From a virus (taxonomy: Duplodnaviria > Heunggongvirae > Uroviricota > Caudoviricetes), in IMG/VR virus record IMGVR_UViG_3300012347_000520, positions 14,642-78,641 of that record: DNA of 64,000 bases; one strand, written 5' to 3'. The notes below the pieces were generated by a model. The model was not told the origin of the DNA, made no database searches, and saw nothing but the letters and a program-made list of their open reading frames with translations. Of the stretch, positions 19,969-31,079 are shown one piece after another; positions within the stretch are counted from its first letter, which is position 1; the number at the start of each line of letters is the position of its first letter. The position numbers and the translations under genes are program-made.

Positions 19969-21510
19969 ATGGCATCTCTTATTAAGATCAAAAGATCGGA
20001 AGTATCAGGTAATCCAGCAGTACTAGGAGCAGGTGAATTAGCCTATTCTGGTTTAGCCGACAACGGCTCTAATGGTGGTGATCGCTTATACATCGGTATG
20101 GGTACAGAAACTGCAGGTAATGCAGTAAATCACGTAGTAATTGGTGGTAAGTATTTTACTGACCAAATTACTGCGGCAACAGACGCTAACACAGCGTCAA
20201 CTTTAGTTAAGCGTGATAGTAGCGGTAATTTTACAGCAAATACTATTACAGCAGCTTTAGCAGGTAATGCAGCTACTGCTACTAAATGGCTAAATGCGCG
20301 TAGCATCAGTTTAACTGGTGACGCAACAGCTAGTTTTGCTAGCGTAGACGGAAGCTCAAACGTAACAACCGCAATTACATTAGCAACTGTAAATGCTAAT
20401 ATCGGTACTTACGGCAGCGCTAGTCTAATCCCTATCATTACAGTTAATGAAAAAGGTTTAGTTACAGCAGTATCAACAGCTTCTATTTCTACTAGCTTAA
20501 ATATTGCTGGTACTATTGGTACTGATACAGTTCAACTAGGTACTGATACGCTAACATTTGAAGGTGGTACTGGCGTAGTAACTGAAATAAGCAATAACAA
20601 AGTTAACATCGCAATCGGTCAAGCAGTTGGCACTGAAGACGACGTAACGTTTAACAGCGTTACAGTTAATGGCTCGCTAAACAGTGACGACATTACGGCT
20701 TCTAATATCAGTATTGCAGGTAACGCTACCATCGTTGGTAACTTAACTGTACAAGGTACTACAACCACAATTAATTCTACTACAGTAGCTGTAGGCGACC
20801 TTAACATTGAACTAGCTAAAGACGCTACTAGTGCTGCAGGCGCTAATGGTGCTGGTTTAACGGTAATTGGACCAACAGTCCCTGCTGGATTTACATATTC
20901 AAGTACTGACGACCGTTGGAACATGAATAAACAGCTAAATGTTGAATTAGTACATGGTGATTTAGATGGTACTGCAACAAGTGCAAATAGATTAGCTACT
21001 GCACGTACACTAACTTTAAACGGCGATGCAACTGCTGCATTTACAGGGTTCAACGGAACTGCCGATATTACTACAGCTATTACTCTTGCAGCAAGCGGAG
21101 TTTCAGCAGGTACTTATGGCGCTAATGATTCAGTAGCTAGAGTTGTTGTGGACTCAAAAGGTCGCGTAACTAGCGCTGAAAACATCCTTATTAACATTAA
21201 TGCTGCACAAGTAGTTCAAGGAACTTTAAATGCAGGTCGTTTACCTTCGTTTAGCGGAGACGTTACTTCAACAGTTGGCACTTCTGTACTATCTTTAGCT
21301 ACAGTTAACGCTAACGTTGGTACTTTTGGTACTGGTGTTGTAATCCCTAGCATTACAGTTAACGCAAAAGGTCTAGTAACTGCAGTAGCAGAAACACTTA
21401 TCCCAACTGCTACAAGCGTAGTAAAAGGTCTAGCAAGTTTCGACAGCACACAATTCTCTGTATCAGCCGGTGCAGTAAGCTTAAACGCAATCGACGGCGG
21501 AATTTACTAA
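19969..21510 (+). CDS. tail fibre protein with phage-fibre-type repeats
   Basis: N-terminal anchor-like motif (KRSEVSGNPAVLGAGELAYSG..DRLYIG). At least three ~50-aa repeats of type T(A/S)xF...G(T/S).....T.AITLA(T/A)..(A/S)..GTYG.......(I/V)..D.KG.VT.(A/V). RBS AAAGGAA. Confidence 0.6.
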   Translation: MASLIKIKRSEVSGNPAVLGAGELAYSGLADNGSNGGDRLYIGMGTETAGNAVNHVVIGGKYFTDQITAATDANTASTLVKRDSSGNFTANTITAALAGNAATATKWLNARSISLTGDATASFASVDGSSNVTTAITLATVNANIGTYGSASLIPIITVNEKGLVTAVSTASISTSLNIAGTIGTDTVQLGTDTLTFEGGTGVVTEISNNKVNIAIGQAVGTEDDVTFNSVTVNGSLNSDDITASNISIAGNATIVGNLTVQGTTTTINSTTVAVGDLNIELAKDATSAAGANGAGLTVIGPTVPAGFTYSSTDDRWNMNKQLNVELVHGDLDGTATSANRLATARTLTLNGDATAAFTGFNGTADITTAITLAASGVSAGTYGANDSVARVVVDSKGRVTSAENILININAAQVVQGTLNAGRLPSFSGDVTSTVGTSVLSLATVNANVGTFGTGVVIPSITVNAKGLVTAVAETLIPTATSVVKGLASFDSTQFSVSAGAVSLNAIDGGIY

Positions 21511-21561
21511 AATACAAACGGGCTTCTATAAGCTTCAATTTCATCCTTATTAGGAACTACT

Positions 21562-22011
21562 ATGTCATCAATTATATTAAAGAAAAGCTCCGTAGCTGGA
21601 AAAATACCTTTACCCTCAGATTTAGCTTATGGCGAAATCGCCTTAAACTATACAGACGGTGTTATCTACTATAAAAAAGCAGATAACACTATCGGTACTA
21701 TTGGTATGGGTTCTGGCAGCAGCGGAGGTACTAGTGCTGTTCGTAGAATCTACGAAACAAGCTTAACACAAGGACAAACAACTGTACTTATACCTGATGG
21801 GTATACTGTAGGTTTAATTGACTTTGTTTTAAACGGTTCGCAACTATATACACAAGACTTTACAGCTAACGATGGATCTACAGTAGTTCTTGCAGTCCCA
21901 GCAGTGGCAACAGATATCGCCAGGTTCATTATATACGATCCTGTCGGTATCTCTAGTCCAGGCACTGCTAGCGGTGGTTTTGAACAATCTTTTTTATTAA
22001 TGGGAGCCTAA
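21562..22011 (+). CDS. small fibre-like protein sharing the N-terminal anchor motif
   Basis: N-terminus KKSSVAGKIPLPSDLAYGEIALNYTDGVIYYKK parallels the N-terminus of 19969..21510. RBS TAGGAA. Confidence 0.45.
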   Translation: MSSIILKKSSVAGKIPLPSDLAYGEIALNYTDGVIYYKKADNTIGTIGMGSGSSGGTSAVRRIYETSLTQGQTTVLIPDGYTVGLIDFVLNGSQLYTQDFTANDGSTVVLAVPAVATDIARFIIYDPVGISSPGTASGGFEQSFLLMGA

Positions 22012-22012
22012 A

Positions 22013-22345
22013 ATGGCAACATCTACTTATAAAGTCTTAGGGCAAGTTAACCCTTCTGCAAATACTTTAACTACCTTATACACAGTACCTGCTGATACTT
22101 CTACAGTAGTAAGCACTATAGCTGTTTGTAATCAAGCAGAAAACGCCACAGCATTTAGATTGGCGGTTAGAGTTAATGGCGAATCTATAACTACTAAACA
22201 ATATATTAACTACGATACACCACTACCAGGTAACGATACTATTACCTTAACTATTGGTATGACTTTGGCTGCCGGAGACGTAATAAGCGTATATACAGGC
22301 GCAGCTACAGTTAGTTTTAACGCATTTGGAAGCGAGGTAGCATAA
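22013..22345 (+). CDS. hypothetical small structural protein
   Basis: 110-aa ORF with RBS GGGAG, tightly packed between fibre genes. Confidence 0.4.
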   Translation: MATSTYKVLGQVNPSANTLTTLYTVPADTSTVVSTIAVCNQAENATAFRLAVRVNGESITTKQYINYDTPLPGNDTITLTIGMTLAAGDVISVYTGAATVSFNAFGSEVA

Positions 22346-25300
22346 TGGGAGTTAGATCATCAAGTACTAGACGTACTTCTGCTGCTAGTGCTATCTCTGG
22401 GCAGATAGTAGCTATTAACACTCCTGCAGGCGGCGTAAGCGTAGCCGGAGGAAGAATCACAGCAAGCACACCCGTTAGCTTAGGTGTGGTAACTGCTGGA
22501 CAAAGCTCGGCAGCTAGTGTTGTAGTCGCAACTACAGCACCTACGGTTACTAGTTTAATTATTACTGACAGCAGTTTCAATAACCTAGACGATACTGCTT
22601 TTGACGTTGGTGGTGGTTATGCTAAAATTATCGGTACCAATTTTAAAGCAGGTGCCTCAGCTTATGTTAACGGCCAAGCCTTAACAACCACTTTTACTAG
22701 TGCTAACGAATTACGCGTTGTAGTTCCAGCTAGCGCTATTGGTTCATATTCTTTAATGGTATTTAATACCGATGGTTCTGGTGCTATATACCTAGGCCTT
22801 GGCGTATCTAATTTACCTTCTTTTGTAACTGCTGCTGGTACACTTGGCACTTTCTACGAAACCACAAATATTGTTGCTAGTACAACAGCTACTGGCGACT
22901 CTCCAATTACATATACTTTGTACTCAGGATCCTTACCTCCTGGAGCGACATTGGCCGCAGACGGTACTATTACAGGCACTAGCCCAACCGAAGCTTCAAG
23001 TACAGTATATTCGTTTGTTATTAAAGCAACAGACCCTCAAAATCAAGATAGTTACAGAGCTTTCAGCATAACTATTAGTGCTGATGTAGTTACTTGGAAT
23101 TCTCCTGCTCAAGGCACTATCAATTTAGATTCTACAGCAATTACTCCTGTAGTATTATCTGCTACAGCTGCTACTGGTAATGCAGTATCATATAGCGTTG
23201 ATACCTTACCTGATGGGTTATCTTTTAACACAAATACAATTACCGGTACACCAACTACAGAAGGTGATACCGTTACTACTTTAACAGCTACTTCAGCAGT
23301 TACTAATCGTACTGCTACACGCACAGTAACTTGGTCAGTATCACTATCTGATATATACTTTAAGTATACTACGTTATTATTAAGTGGTGATACCGCTATT
23401 CCTAGTTTTACTAACGACGCAAGCCTGAACAATGCACAGTTGACTATTGTTGGCGATACAAAGCCTAGTAGTTTTAATCCATATGAAGAAGGTTACTATA
23501 GTTACTTTGGAGAAGGATCTTCTGCATCTTATTTATCTTTACCTACACGAACTGGCGGCTGGCTAACTTCTGGAAATAACTTTACAGTAGAAGCCTGGGT
23601 AAACATGTCAAAGTACCCACAAGCACACCCAGGATACAACGCAACTGTAGCGGGTACCGCAGGAAACTCAAATGGCTGGGAGTGGACTTTTAACGGCAGT
23701 ACAGGAAGCAACTGTACTAGTTTAACCTTTGCTATGAAAGGTGTAGCAAGCGCTACATATACAGGAACCTTTTTAACCAATACGTGGTATCACATTGCGG
23801 CTGTTAGAAACGGGACTACCCTAACTGTTTATGTTAATGGAGTTGCAGGAGCAACCACAGCTACTTTAAATACTTGGACAGATAATGCTGATTTACGAAT
23901 CGGGGCAGATACCGCTCCAAGTTACCCACTATATTTTTACGGTAATATTAGTAATTTTAGAATAGTTAGCAATACAGCGGTATATACTTCTACGTTTACG
24001 CCACCTACCGGACCATTAACTGCAATTACAAATACATTAGTACTTGCATGTCAGTCTAATAGATTCATTGATAATTCAAGCAACAACTTTGTAATTACCA
24101 AAAATGGCGACGCTAAAGTAAGTTCAGCAATGCCATTTACTAACCCAACAATTGTAGCATATAATACACAGTATAGTACAAAATTTGATGGCACTGGAGA
24201 TTACTTAACTACTGCGGCAAATACAGCATTAGATATGGGAACTGGTGATTTTACTATTGAATGTTTTGTAAATACTAAAGGTTACGCTGGAAGTCAGTAT
24301 GGTCGTGGTATATTTGCACTGTACCCTAGTGGTAACTATAATAACCGATTGATTGTAAGACATACTACCGCAGACAATCGTTTAAATTTTTACGGTGCTG
24401 CTGGAGGTAATCCGTATCTTGGAACTTCGGGTACTGATGGAACGACTGCATTAGTTGCTGGTACTTGGAATCATATAGCAGTAGTAAGACAATCTGGAGT
24501 ATTTAGATTGTATATTAATGGCGTACAAGATATTGTTATTTCTAATCAGACCGGAGTTTCATTAGCATCTTCTAACTGTTTTGACATTGGTAGAACTCAA
24601 GAAGGTTCTATTCCTGATTGGAATGGTCTAATTTCTAACTTTAGGGTTATTAAGGGTACTTGTTTGTATCCAAACGGTACAACATTCACTAAACCATCAA
24701 CAACCTTAACCGCAGTTGCAGGTACAAGTTTGTTAACTTGTCAAGATAGCAGAGTAAAAGATAATAGTTCAACCGCACTTGCTATTACAGTTGGCAACCA
24801 AGCCCAACCTATAGCATTAAGCCCATTCACAATGACAACTAGTTCGACTACAGTAACTAGTTTAGGTTCAACGTATTTTGACGGTACTGGAGACTATTTA
24901 ACGCTGCCACACAATAAATCTTTGTATTTAGAATCAGGTGATTTTACCATAGAGTTTTGGTATAACTCTAGCATTGCGTTTAATACTGGCTACGGTCCTT
25001 GTATTGGCTTTGGGTATAAAAATACTCCTACTGGTGGTTGGGTAATTTATCGTAATACAGTATTAAATACCAATAGTATAACAATTCGTGTAGCAGGACA
25101 AGGCGGCGCTGGAATGGTTGACTTTTCTACAACTTCAACAGTAGAAAAGGACGTGTGGAACCATTGGGCAGTAGTTCGTAGCGGCACTTCATTGAAGTGG
25201 TATAAAAACGGCGTATTAGATGCTAGCACCACTAACTCTGTAAATATAACTGATACTGACTCTACTACCCTAGGCTATGTTGGGTATGCTCAGCAATGGG

Positions 25301-28300
25301 GTTATGCCGCACAAGGGTATTTAGCAGATGTGCGCGTAGTTAAAGGTACAGCAATATATACTAGCAACTTCTTGCCACCACAATTACCACTAACACCAAT
25401 AGTTAATACTAAACTATTAACTTGTCAATATAATGGTGCAGGAAACAACAACGGATTCGTTGACCAATCATGTTTTAACAATATTATTACCAGAAACGGT
25501 AATGTCACACAAGGCACATTTAGTCCTTACAGTCAAACTGGTTGGAGCACGTATTTTAATCGTAGTAGGATAGATTCAACACTAACTGGTAAGTCTCCAG
25601 GTACTGGTTCATTTACATACGAATTTTTCTTCAATGTAGCGGTTAAAGATGCAGCTATTGCTAACGTTGCAGCATTGTTTAGTACACGAGGTGGCGGTAC
25701 AGGTGCAGACGGTTTTGACGTTGAAATAACAACTGCCGGAGCAGTTCTTATAGGAACTTCCGGATCTACATTATTTACCTCAAGCTCCGGGCTAGTAAAT
25801 AATGGGACATGGTACCATTTGGCAATAGTCAGAAATGGCTCAACAAACTGGACAGTTTATTTAAACGGAAGTTCAATTGGAACACTAAGTAATGCAACTA
25901 ACTTTACTTCTGTTAACTTGTACCTTGGAGTGTTTGGTGGTGCTAGTCAAGACTGGTTTAAGGGTTATATAAGTAATTTCAGGTACACTCGTGATGCAGT
26001 TTATACCTCAAATTTTACTCCGTCAACAGTTCCGCTTACTGCAATAACCAATACTGAATTTTTAGGCTTCCAATCAAACGCCCATAAAGATAATTCAGCC
26101 AATAACTTCGCGGTTACTCCAGTTGCTCTAAACGGATCCTCAAGTATTCAAGCTTATTCGCCATTTGGTAGTGTACGTGCTGTGCCTGCTGGATACAGTT
26201 ATAGTTTGAATACTGGTAACGTTGAGGGGTGTGTATATTACCCAGACAAGCCAGCATTAAGAATTGGTACAAATCAATTTACTATGGAATGTTGGGTTAA
26301 TTTAACTCAATGGGTTAATGGTTCCGCAATTATTGCTACAAAACGAGCATACAACTCTACTGGTACTGGTTCTTGGATTTTCTATATTGGTACTAACGGT
26401 GCGGTATCGTTTGACCAACTACAAACTCCTGCAACAGTTATTACAACCGCAGCAGGTGCAGTAACTACAGGATCGTGGTATCATATTGCCTTGACTAGAG
26501 ATAGTAGCAACGTTATGCGAATTTATATCAACGGTGTAAATAGCGGAACAACAGCCCCAACTAGTACCTTTAACTTTAGTAGTACTGAGGCTCTGTATGT
26601 AGGAAAAAATAACGATAGCGGAAATTATAAATTCATTGGCAGAATGTCTAACTTTAGATTAGTAAATGGCACTGCGCTGTATACTGAGCCTTCTAATATC
26701 ACAATACCAACGGCTGCGCTAACTGCAATAAATAATACAGCATTGCTTACTTACCATTCAAATACAGTTGAAGATGGTTCTATTAATAACTTTGTGCCCG
26801 TGGTTATTGGGCCTGGCGTATTAACGGCTTCAACTATTAATCCATTTGGTACTATTACAAATAGTGCTGTATACACACCGAGTGTTAATGGTGGTTCAAT
26901 GTATTTTGATGGAACTGATGATTATTTAACCGCAGTAAACTCAAGATCATTCGACTTGAGTTCCGGTCCTTGGACTATTGAATGTTGGTTTTATCAGTTT
27001 GCTGGAAAAACCGTACAGTTATTTAGTGTGGGTGCGGCAGCATGGAGACTTGACGTTTCATCTACCGGTATGGTAAGTTTTGTTTTCAACAACGGCTCTA
27101 GTGTAGGATCTACGGTTACTACTGCAAAATTGAACTCATGGAATCATGTAGCACAAACATTTAATGCTGATGGAACTACTACAGCAACTAAACTATTTCT
27201 TAACGGTAAGTTAGAATTTGCAGGACAATACGTACCTAGTGCTAATACTACTAGTTTATTTTATGTTGGCAGAAATCCTGATGCGTCTGGCGCTTGGGAC
27301 TTTAATGGCTATATATCAGATATAGCCATTACAAAAGGTATTAGTAAATACAATGCAAATTTTGTGCCACCAGTAACTGCAATATCTACAACCCCAAACA
27401 CTGCGTTCTTGTTAACAGGTACTAATGGGGGTATCCTTGATGCTCATGGAAGCAACAATTTAGAAACTGTTGGTAATGTGCAGCTTGCGCCGGAAACTCC
27501 GTACAGTGGTAATTATTATAGTAGCTACTTTGACGGTACTGGAGATCGTTTAACGTTTACCGGAGGTACGCCGTTCAATTTCGGGTCAGATGACTTCACA
27601 ATCGAAGCATGGGTCAACCCACAAAGTTTCGGTAATCTTGGTCTTGTGTTCTTTAGTAACTTTGTACCAAGCGGTGTTCGATTTGTTCTATATTTAGGTT
27701 CCGCAGGGATTGGAATAGACTCCGGAGGGCAGTTTACTACTTCAGGAACAACTACTTGCTCTCTCGGCACATGGTATCATTGCGCAGTAGTTAAGTCTGG
27801 CACTTCTATCAAGACATTTGTCAATGGAATACAAGTTTCTACTGCTACTTCTCCAGCAACGTACTGGGTAACAGCAAATACTAGTGTAACAGTTGGTGAT
27901 TATATTGATGATTATAGTACTGGATATGGGTATATTTCTAATTTACGAGTAGTTAAAGGTCAAGCACTGTACAGTGGAGCCTTTACTCCTAGTACTAGTC
28001 CACTAACCTCTACTTCAGTAGGGTCTACCGGTCCTGGTGCAGCAGCAAGTGTTACTGGAACAGTTTCTTTATTGACCTGCCAATCTAATAAATTTATTGA
28101 CAATAGCTCTAATAATGCACTACCTACAGTATCTGGCAACCCGGCTGTAAAATCAATGAACCCATTCCAACAAAACACTGGAAATAGTTTGTACTTTGAT
28201 GGCACTGGTGATTACATAGCAAACTATACCGGAGCGGTAAATTTGGTAGACGATAAGTTCATACTACAAAAAGATTTCACAATTGAATTATGGGCTTATG

Positions 28301-28686
28301 GTACTGTTAACAATAGTGTATTCGTTTCGCTTGGTAACGAGAATTCCGGTCGGTTCACGTTTTTTACTAATACTAGTAATCAACTAGCATATGATATCTA
28401 TTTGGTAGGGACAACAACTTTTACTAATAAAGTAGTACCTCTAGGTCAGTGGAATCACATAGCGTTAGTACGCTCTGGTTCTACAATTACTGCTTATGTA
28501 AATGGAACCTCAGCTGGAACAGCATCTCAAGCAGCAGTTTTAGGGAACGGACCTCTTTCAATTGGTGTCAATGCTAATCGTTCAGCCAACTTCTGGAACG
28601 GGTACATCAAAGACCTAAGAATCACCAAAGGCGTAGCGCGCTATACATCGGACTTTACTGCTCCAAGCAAGTTAAAAGCTCTATAA
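22345..28686 (+). CDS. giant tail fibre / adhesin-like protein with N-terminal IPT/Ig-like domains and at least 8 tandem LamG (ConA-like lectin) domains
   Basis: 2113 aa. The motif pair YFDGTGDYL...DFTIE.WVN ... W.HIA.VR.G....Y.NG ... GYISN.R..KG.A.YTS.F.PP..PLT (LamG_3/pentraxin-like) recurs about every 180-220 aa. N-terminal region has IPT/TIG-like and He_PIG-like Ig segments. Confidence 0.7.
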   Translation: MGVRSSSTRRTSAASAISGQIVAINTPAGGVSVAGGRITASTPVSLGVVTAGQSSAASVVVATTAPTVTSLIITDSSFNNLDDTAFDVGGGYAKIIGTNFKAGASAYVNGQALTTTFTSANELRVVVPASAIGSYSLMVFNTDGSGAIYLGLGVSNLPSFVTAAGTLGTFYETTNIVASTTATGDSPITYTLYSGSLPPGATLAADGTITGTSPTEASSTVYSFVIKATDPQNQDSYRAFSITISADVVTWNSPAQGTINLDSTAITPVVLSATAATGNAVSYSVDTLPDGLSFNTNTITGTPTTEGDTVTTLTATSAVTNRTATRTVTWSVSLSDIYFKYTTLLLSGDTAIPSFTNDASLNNAQLTIVGDTKPSSFNPYEEGYYSYFGEGSSASYLSLPTRTGGWLTSGNNFTVEAWVNMSKYPQAHPGYNATVAGTAGNSNGWEWTFNGSTGSNCTSLTFAMKGVASATYTGTFLTNTWYHIAAVRNGTTLTVYVNGVAGATTATLNTWTDNADLRIGADTAPSYPLYFYGNISNFRIVSNTAVYTSTFTPPTGPLTAITNTLVLACQSNRFIDNSSNNFVITKNGDAKVSSAMPFTNPTIVAYNTQYSTKFDGTGDYLTTAANTALDMGTGDFTIECFVNTKGYAGSQYGRGIFALYPSGNYNNRLIVRHTTADNRLNFYGAAGGNPYLGTSGTDGTTALVAGTWNHIAVVRQSGVFRLYINGVQDIVISNQTGVSLASSNCFDIGRTQEGSIPDWNGLISNFRVIKGTCLYPNGTTFTKPSTTLTAVAGTSLLTCQDSRVKDNSSTALAITVGNQAQPIALSPFTMTTSSTTVTSLGSTYFDGTGDYLTLPHNKSLYLESGDFTIEFWYNSSIAFNTGYGPCIGFGYKNTPTGGWVIYRNTVLNTNSITIRVAGQGGAGMVDFSTTSTVEKDVWNHWAVVRSGTSLKWYKNGVLDASTTNSVNITDTDSTTLGYVGYAQQWGYAAQGYLADVRVVKGTAIYTSNFLPPQLPLTPIVNTKLLTCQYNGAGNNNGFVDQSCFNNIITRNGNVTQGTFSPYSQTGWSTYFNRSRIDSTLTGKSPGTGSFTYEFFFNVAVKDAAIANVAALFSTRGGGTGADGFDVEITTAGAVLIGTSGSTLFTSSSGLVNNGTWYHLAIVRNGSTNWTVYLNGSSIGTLSNATNFTSVNLYLGVFGGASQDWFKGYISNFRYTRDAVYTSNFTPSTVPLTAITNTEFLGFQSNAHKDNSANNFAVTPVALNGSSSIQAYSPFGSVRAVPAGYSYSLNTGNVEGCVYYPDKPALRIGTNQFTMECWVNLTQWVNGSAIIATKRAYNSTGTGSWIFYIGTNGAVSFDQLQTPATVITTAAGAVTTGSWYHIALTRDSSNVMRIYINGVNSGTTAPTSTFNFSSTEALYVGKNNDSGNYKFIGRMSNFRLVNGTALYTEPSNITIPTAALTAINNTALLTYHSNTVEDGSINNFVPVVIGPGVLTASTINPFGTITNSAVYTPSVNGGSMYFDGTDDYLTAVNSRSFDLSSGPWTIECWFYQFAGKTVQLFSVGAAAWRLDVSSTGMVSFVFNNGSSVGSTVTTAKLNSWNHVAQTFNADGTTTATKLFLNGKLEFAGQYVPSANTTSLFYVGRNPDASGAWDFNGYISDIAITKGISKYNANFVPPVTAISTTPNTAFLLTGTNGGILDAHGSNNLETVGNVQLAPETPYSGNYYSSYFDGTGDRLTFTGGTPFNFGSDDFTIEAWVNPQSFGNLGLVFFSNFVPSGVRFVLYLGSAGIGIDSGGQFTTSGTTTCSLGTWYHCAVVKSGTSIKTFVNGIQVSTATSPATYWVTANTSVTVGDYIDDYSTGYGYISNLRVVKGQALYSGAFTPSTSPLTSTSVGSTGPGAAASVTGTVSLLTCQSNKFIDNSSNNALPTVSGNPAVKSMNPFQQNTGNSLYFDGTGDYIANYTGAVNLVDDKFILQKDFTIELWAYGTVNNSVFVSLGNENSGRFTFFTNTSNQLAYDIYLVGTTTFTNKVVPLGQWNHIALVRSGSTITAYVNGTSAGTASQAAVLGNGPLSIGVNANRSANFWNGYIKDLRITKGVARYTSDFTAPSKLKAL

Positions 28687-28692
28687 TAATAA

Positions 28693-28720
28693 CCCGGGCT
28701 GTCATGGCCCGGGCTATTTT
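28693..28720 (+). terminator. rho-independent terminator
   Basis: cccgggc-tgtcatg-gcccggg hairpin followed by ctatttt. Confidence 0.55.
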
Positions 28721-28736
28721 AAAATAAGGAAATTAA

Positions 28737-31079
28737 ATGACAAAAGCAAGAACTCTTAGTAGTTTAGCAAGTGCTGGAGCTTTAGACTATATAGGTACTG
28801 TAAAGTCTTTAGTTGCAGGTACCGGTCTAACTGGCGGTACAATTACAACAACCGGTACTATTAGTTTAGCTAATACTACCGTAACAGCCGGCAGCTATAC
28901 AGCTGCAAATATTACTATTGATGCTCAAGGACGAATTACTTCGGCCACTAGCGGCACTGCAGTAGCTGCCGCAACTGCTACTGCACGCGGTACTTTGTAT
29001 GGTACTGAAGATGTATTTGCATATTCAAACTCTATAGGATATGGTAGTGCTCCTGCAAGCTACTCCGTAGCTATTGGATATAGCAGTATATCTTCTGGAG
29101 CAAATTTCTCGGTATCAGCAGGGTATAATTCCTCGGTAGATAGCGGTTCTGGCTACTCTATAGCACTAGGCAGTAATGCTAAAGTAAGGAGTGGAACAAA
29201 TTCTGTAGTAATAGGTGCCGGCAGTAATATTGCCTCCGGAGGAAGCTCTGGTAATATGGTACTTCTAGGTGCCGGTGTAGTTGCTGGCTACGGATCTTAT
29301 AACTCTATTGTAATAGGTCAAAATGCTAGGCTTGGCAATTATGCTCCTAACGCTATTATTCTAGAAGCAACAGGCAGCAGTACTACTTACGGGTCAGGGT
29401 TTTATGTTAACCCTATTACTCAAGCAAATACTTCGTATACTTTATTCTACAATCCTACTACGAAAAAAGTTACCTACGATTCGGCTCCTGGCGGTAGTAG
29501 TTTATATGTATATGACGATAGTAATCTATTAACTACTGCAGCTAGTACTATTAACTTTGTCGGAAACGGCGTCACTGCAACTTCTAGTGGTGGGTCAGTT
29601 ACTGTAGAAGTAGCCGGCGGCTCTAACTTAGATGGATTATCTGACGTAGTGTTGACTAGCCCTACAACCGGTCAACTACTACAATACAATGGAACTAACT
29701 GGGTAAACGCAACTGTAAGTACTGGAGGTACAACAGAAGAAACTACTATTACTACAGCTACAAGACTAGCTCCAATGTATGTTAATCAGTTCAACAGTTC
29801 TTACGTTAGAATAGGTACTGATTCGCCCGCTAAAGCAACACATATTAAAGACGCTATTGTAGCAGCGGCGTCCGTTGCCTCTTCTGGTGGTCAACAAGTT
29901 ATAGTAGAGATTATATATAATAATACAATTTTTAGTTTAGCTTTAGATTCAAATGCTAGTAGCTACGTTACTATATTTAATTCTGATGCTGTAAATATAC
30001 AGAACTATCAAGTCAACTCTTTCTCACAAAATGACTCTAGACCTGCTGGAATTTACGTAACCTTATCACCATCCCAGTACAACCAAATAGCTGCAAAAAC
30101 TTTATCGTTTACGTTTTTAGGCAGTGCCAGTACATTAGGAACAGTTTTTACTACTAATAAGCCTTACGGTGTGTATTACACACCCAGCAACTTCGGACAA
30201 CCAGTAGGTAGCCTAGGCCCTACTACCTCTCCTAGTACAACTCCTGAAATTATAAATGTTGTGGCTACAGGACAAACTCTAGATGTAGTATTTGCTAATA
30301 ATGTTGTAACTATTACAGGTGTATCAGGTACAAGCAGTCAATTCATAACATTTGTTTTAGGTATGACTAGCATTACTAGTGGTGGTGGTGGTGGTGCTAC
30401 CGAATCCGTGGTAACTGTAGAAACACCTAGTAATTTTAACGGACAATTTACTGCACAACCAAATACAACAGGTTCTCGTGGGTACGTGTTCGTAAATAAC
30501 TGGGATGGGGGCCTTAACTCCTTATCTTCAAACAGTCCAACTAACTGGGGCGTAGTACAAGGTAGTACACAGTGGCTATACTCACAAGCAGCTAATCCAA
30601 CCACGGGGGTTTCTATTAGTTGGGACCCTATTTGGTATGGATCTTTTACAGCTGTAAAGATTCAGGGTGTTGACGGAGGCGGCGTTAATTCTCCTAATAG
30701 ACACGTGATCTATCAACAAACTATTTATGGGTATAATAATGGTATATACTGGCCTCCACAACAAAACTGGGCACAAAACTATCAAATGTATTCCGGCGGA
30801 GTAGCCGCTTATGCAGTTGTACTTGCTGCTAATAATAGCCCACTAGCTAGTTGGATGCAATCAGTAACGGTTAACTCTACCTATACTAATATGGTAGATA
30901 TTACCATAGGCACTACCGGACCTATATCAGCAGTTGGTAACACGGACTTTAAGTATATGGTACTACGTATAAAACCCGAAGCATTTAATTCTGGTAATTT
31001 AGGTAATGCTCCTTTATTTACATTTTCCGGCCCTCCTAGTGACATACCACTAAACTGGGTAATTGCAGGTATACAATAA
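28737..31079 (+). CDS. tail fibre / tail spike protein
   Basis: 780 aa, Ser/Gly/Thr/Asn-rich with short beta-helix-like repeats (SVAIGYSS..GANFSVSAGYNSS..SGYSIALGSNAKV). RBS AAGGAAA. Confidence 0.55.
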   Translation: MTKARTLSSLASAGALDYIGTVKSLVAGTGLTGGTITTTGTISLANTTVTAGSYTAANITIDAQGRITSATSGTAVAAATATARGTLYGTEDVFAYSNSIGYGSAPASYSVAIGYSSISSGANFSVSAGYNSSVDSGSGYSIALGSNAKVRSGTNSVVIGAGSNIASGGSSGNMVLLGAGVVAGYGSYNSIVIGQNARLGNYAPNAIILEATGSSTTYGSGFYVNPITQANTSYTLFYNPTTKKVTYDSAPGGSSLYVYDDSNLLTTAASTINFVGNGVTATSSGGSVTVEVAGGSNLDGLSDVVLTSPTTGQLLQYNGTNWVNATVSTGGTTEETTITTATRLAPMYVNQFNSSYVRIGTDSPAKATHIKDAIVAAASVASSGGQQVIVEIIYNNTIFSLALDSNASSYVTIFNSDAVNIQNYQVNSFSQNDSRPAGIYVTLSPSQYNQIAAKTLSFTFLGSASTLGTVFTTNKPYGVYYTPSNFGQPVGSLGPTTSPSTTPEIINVVATGQTLDVVFANNVVTITGVSGTSSQFITFVLGMTSITSGGGGGATESVVTVETPSNFNGQFTAQPNTTGSRGYVFVNNWDGGLNSLSSNSPTNWGVVQGSTQWLYSQAANPTTGVSISWDPIWYGSFTAVKIQGVDGGGVNSPNRHVIYQQTIYGYNNGIYWPPQQNWAQNYQMYSGGVAAYAVVLAANNSPLASWMQSVTVNSTYTNMVDITIGTTGPISAVGNTDFKYMVLRIKPEAFNSGNLGNAPLFTFSGPPSDIPLNWVIAGIQ

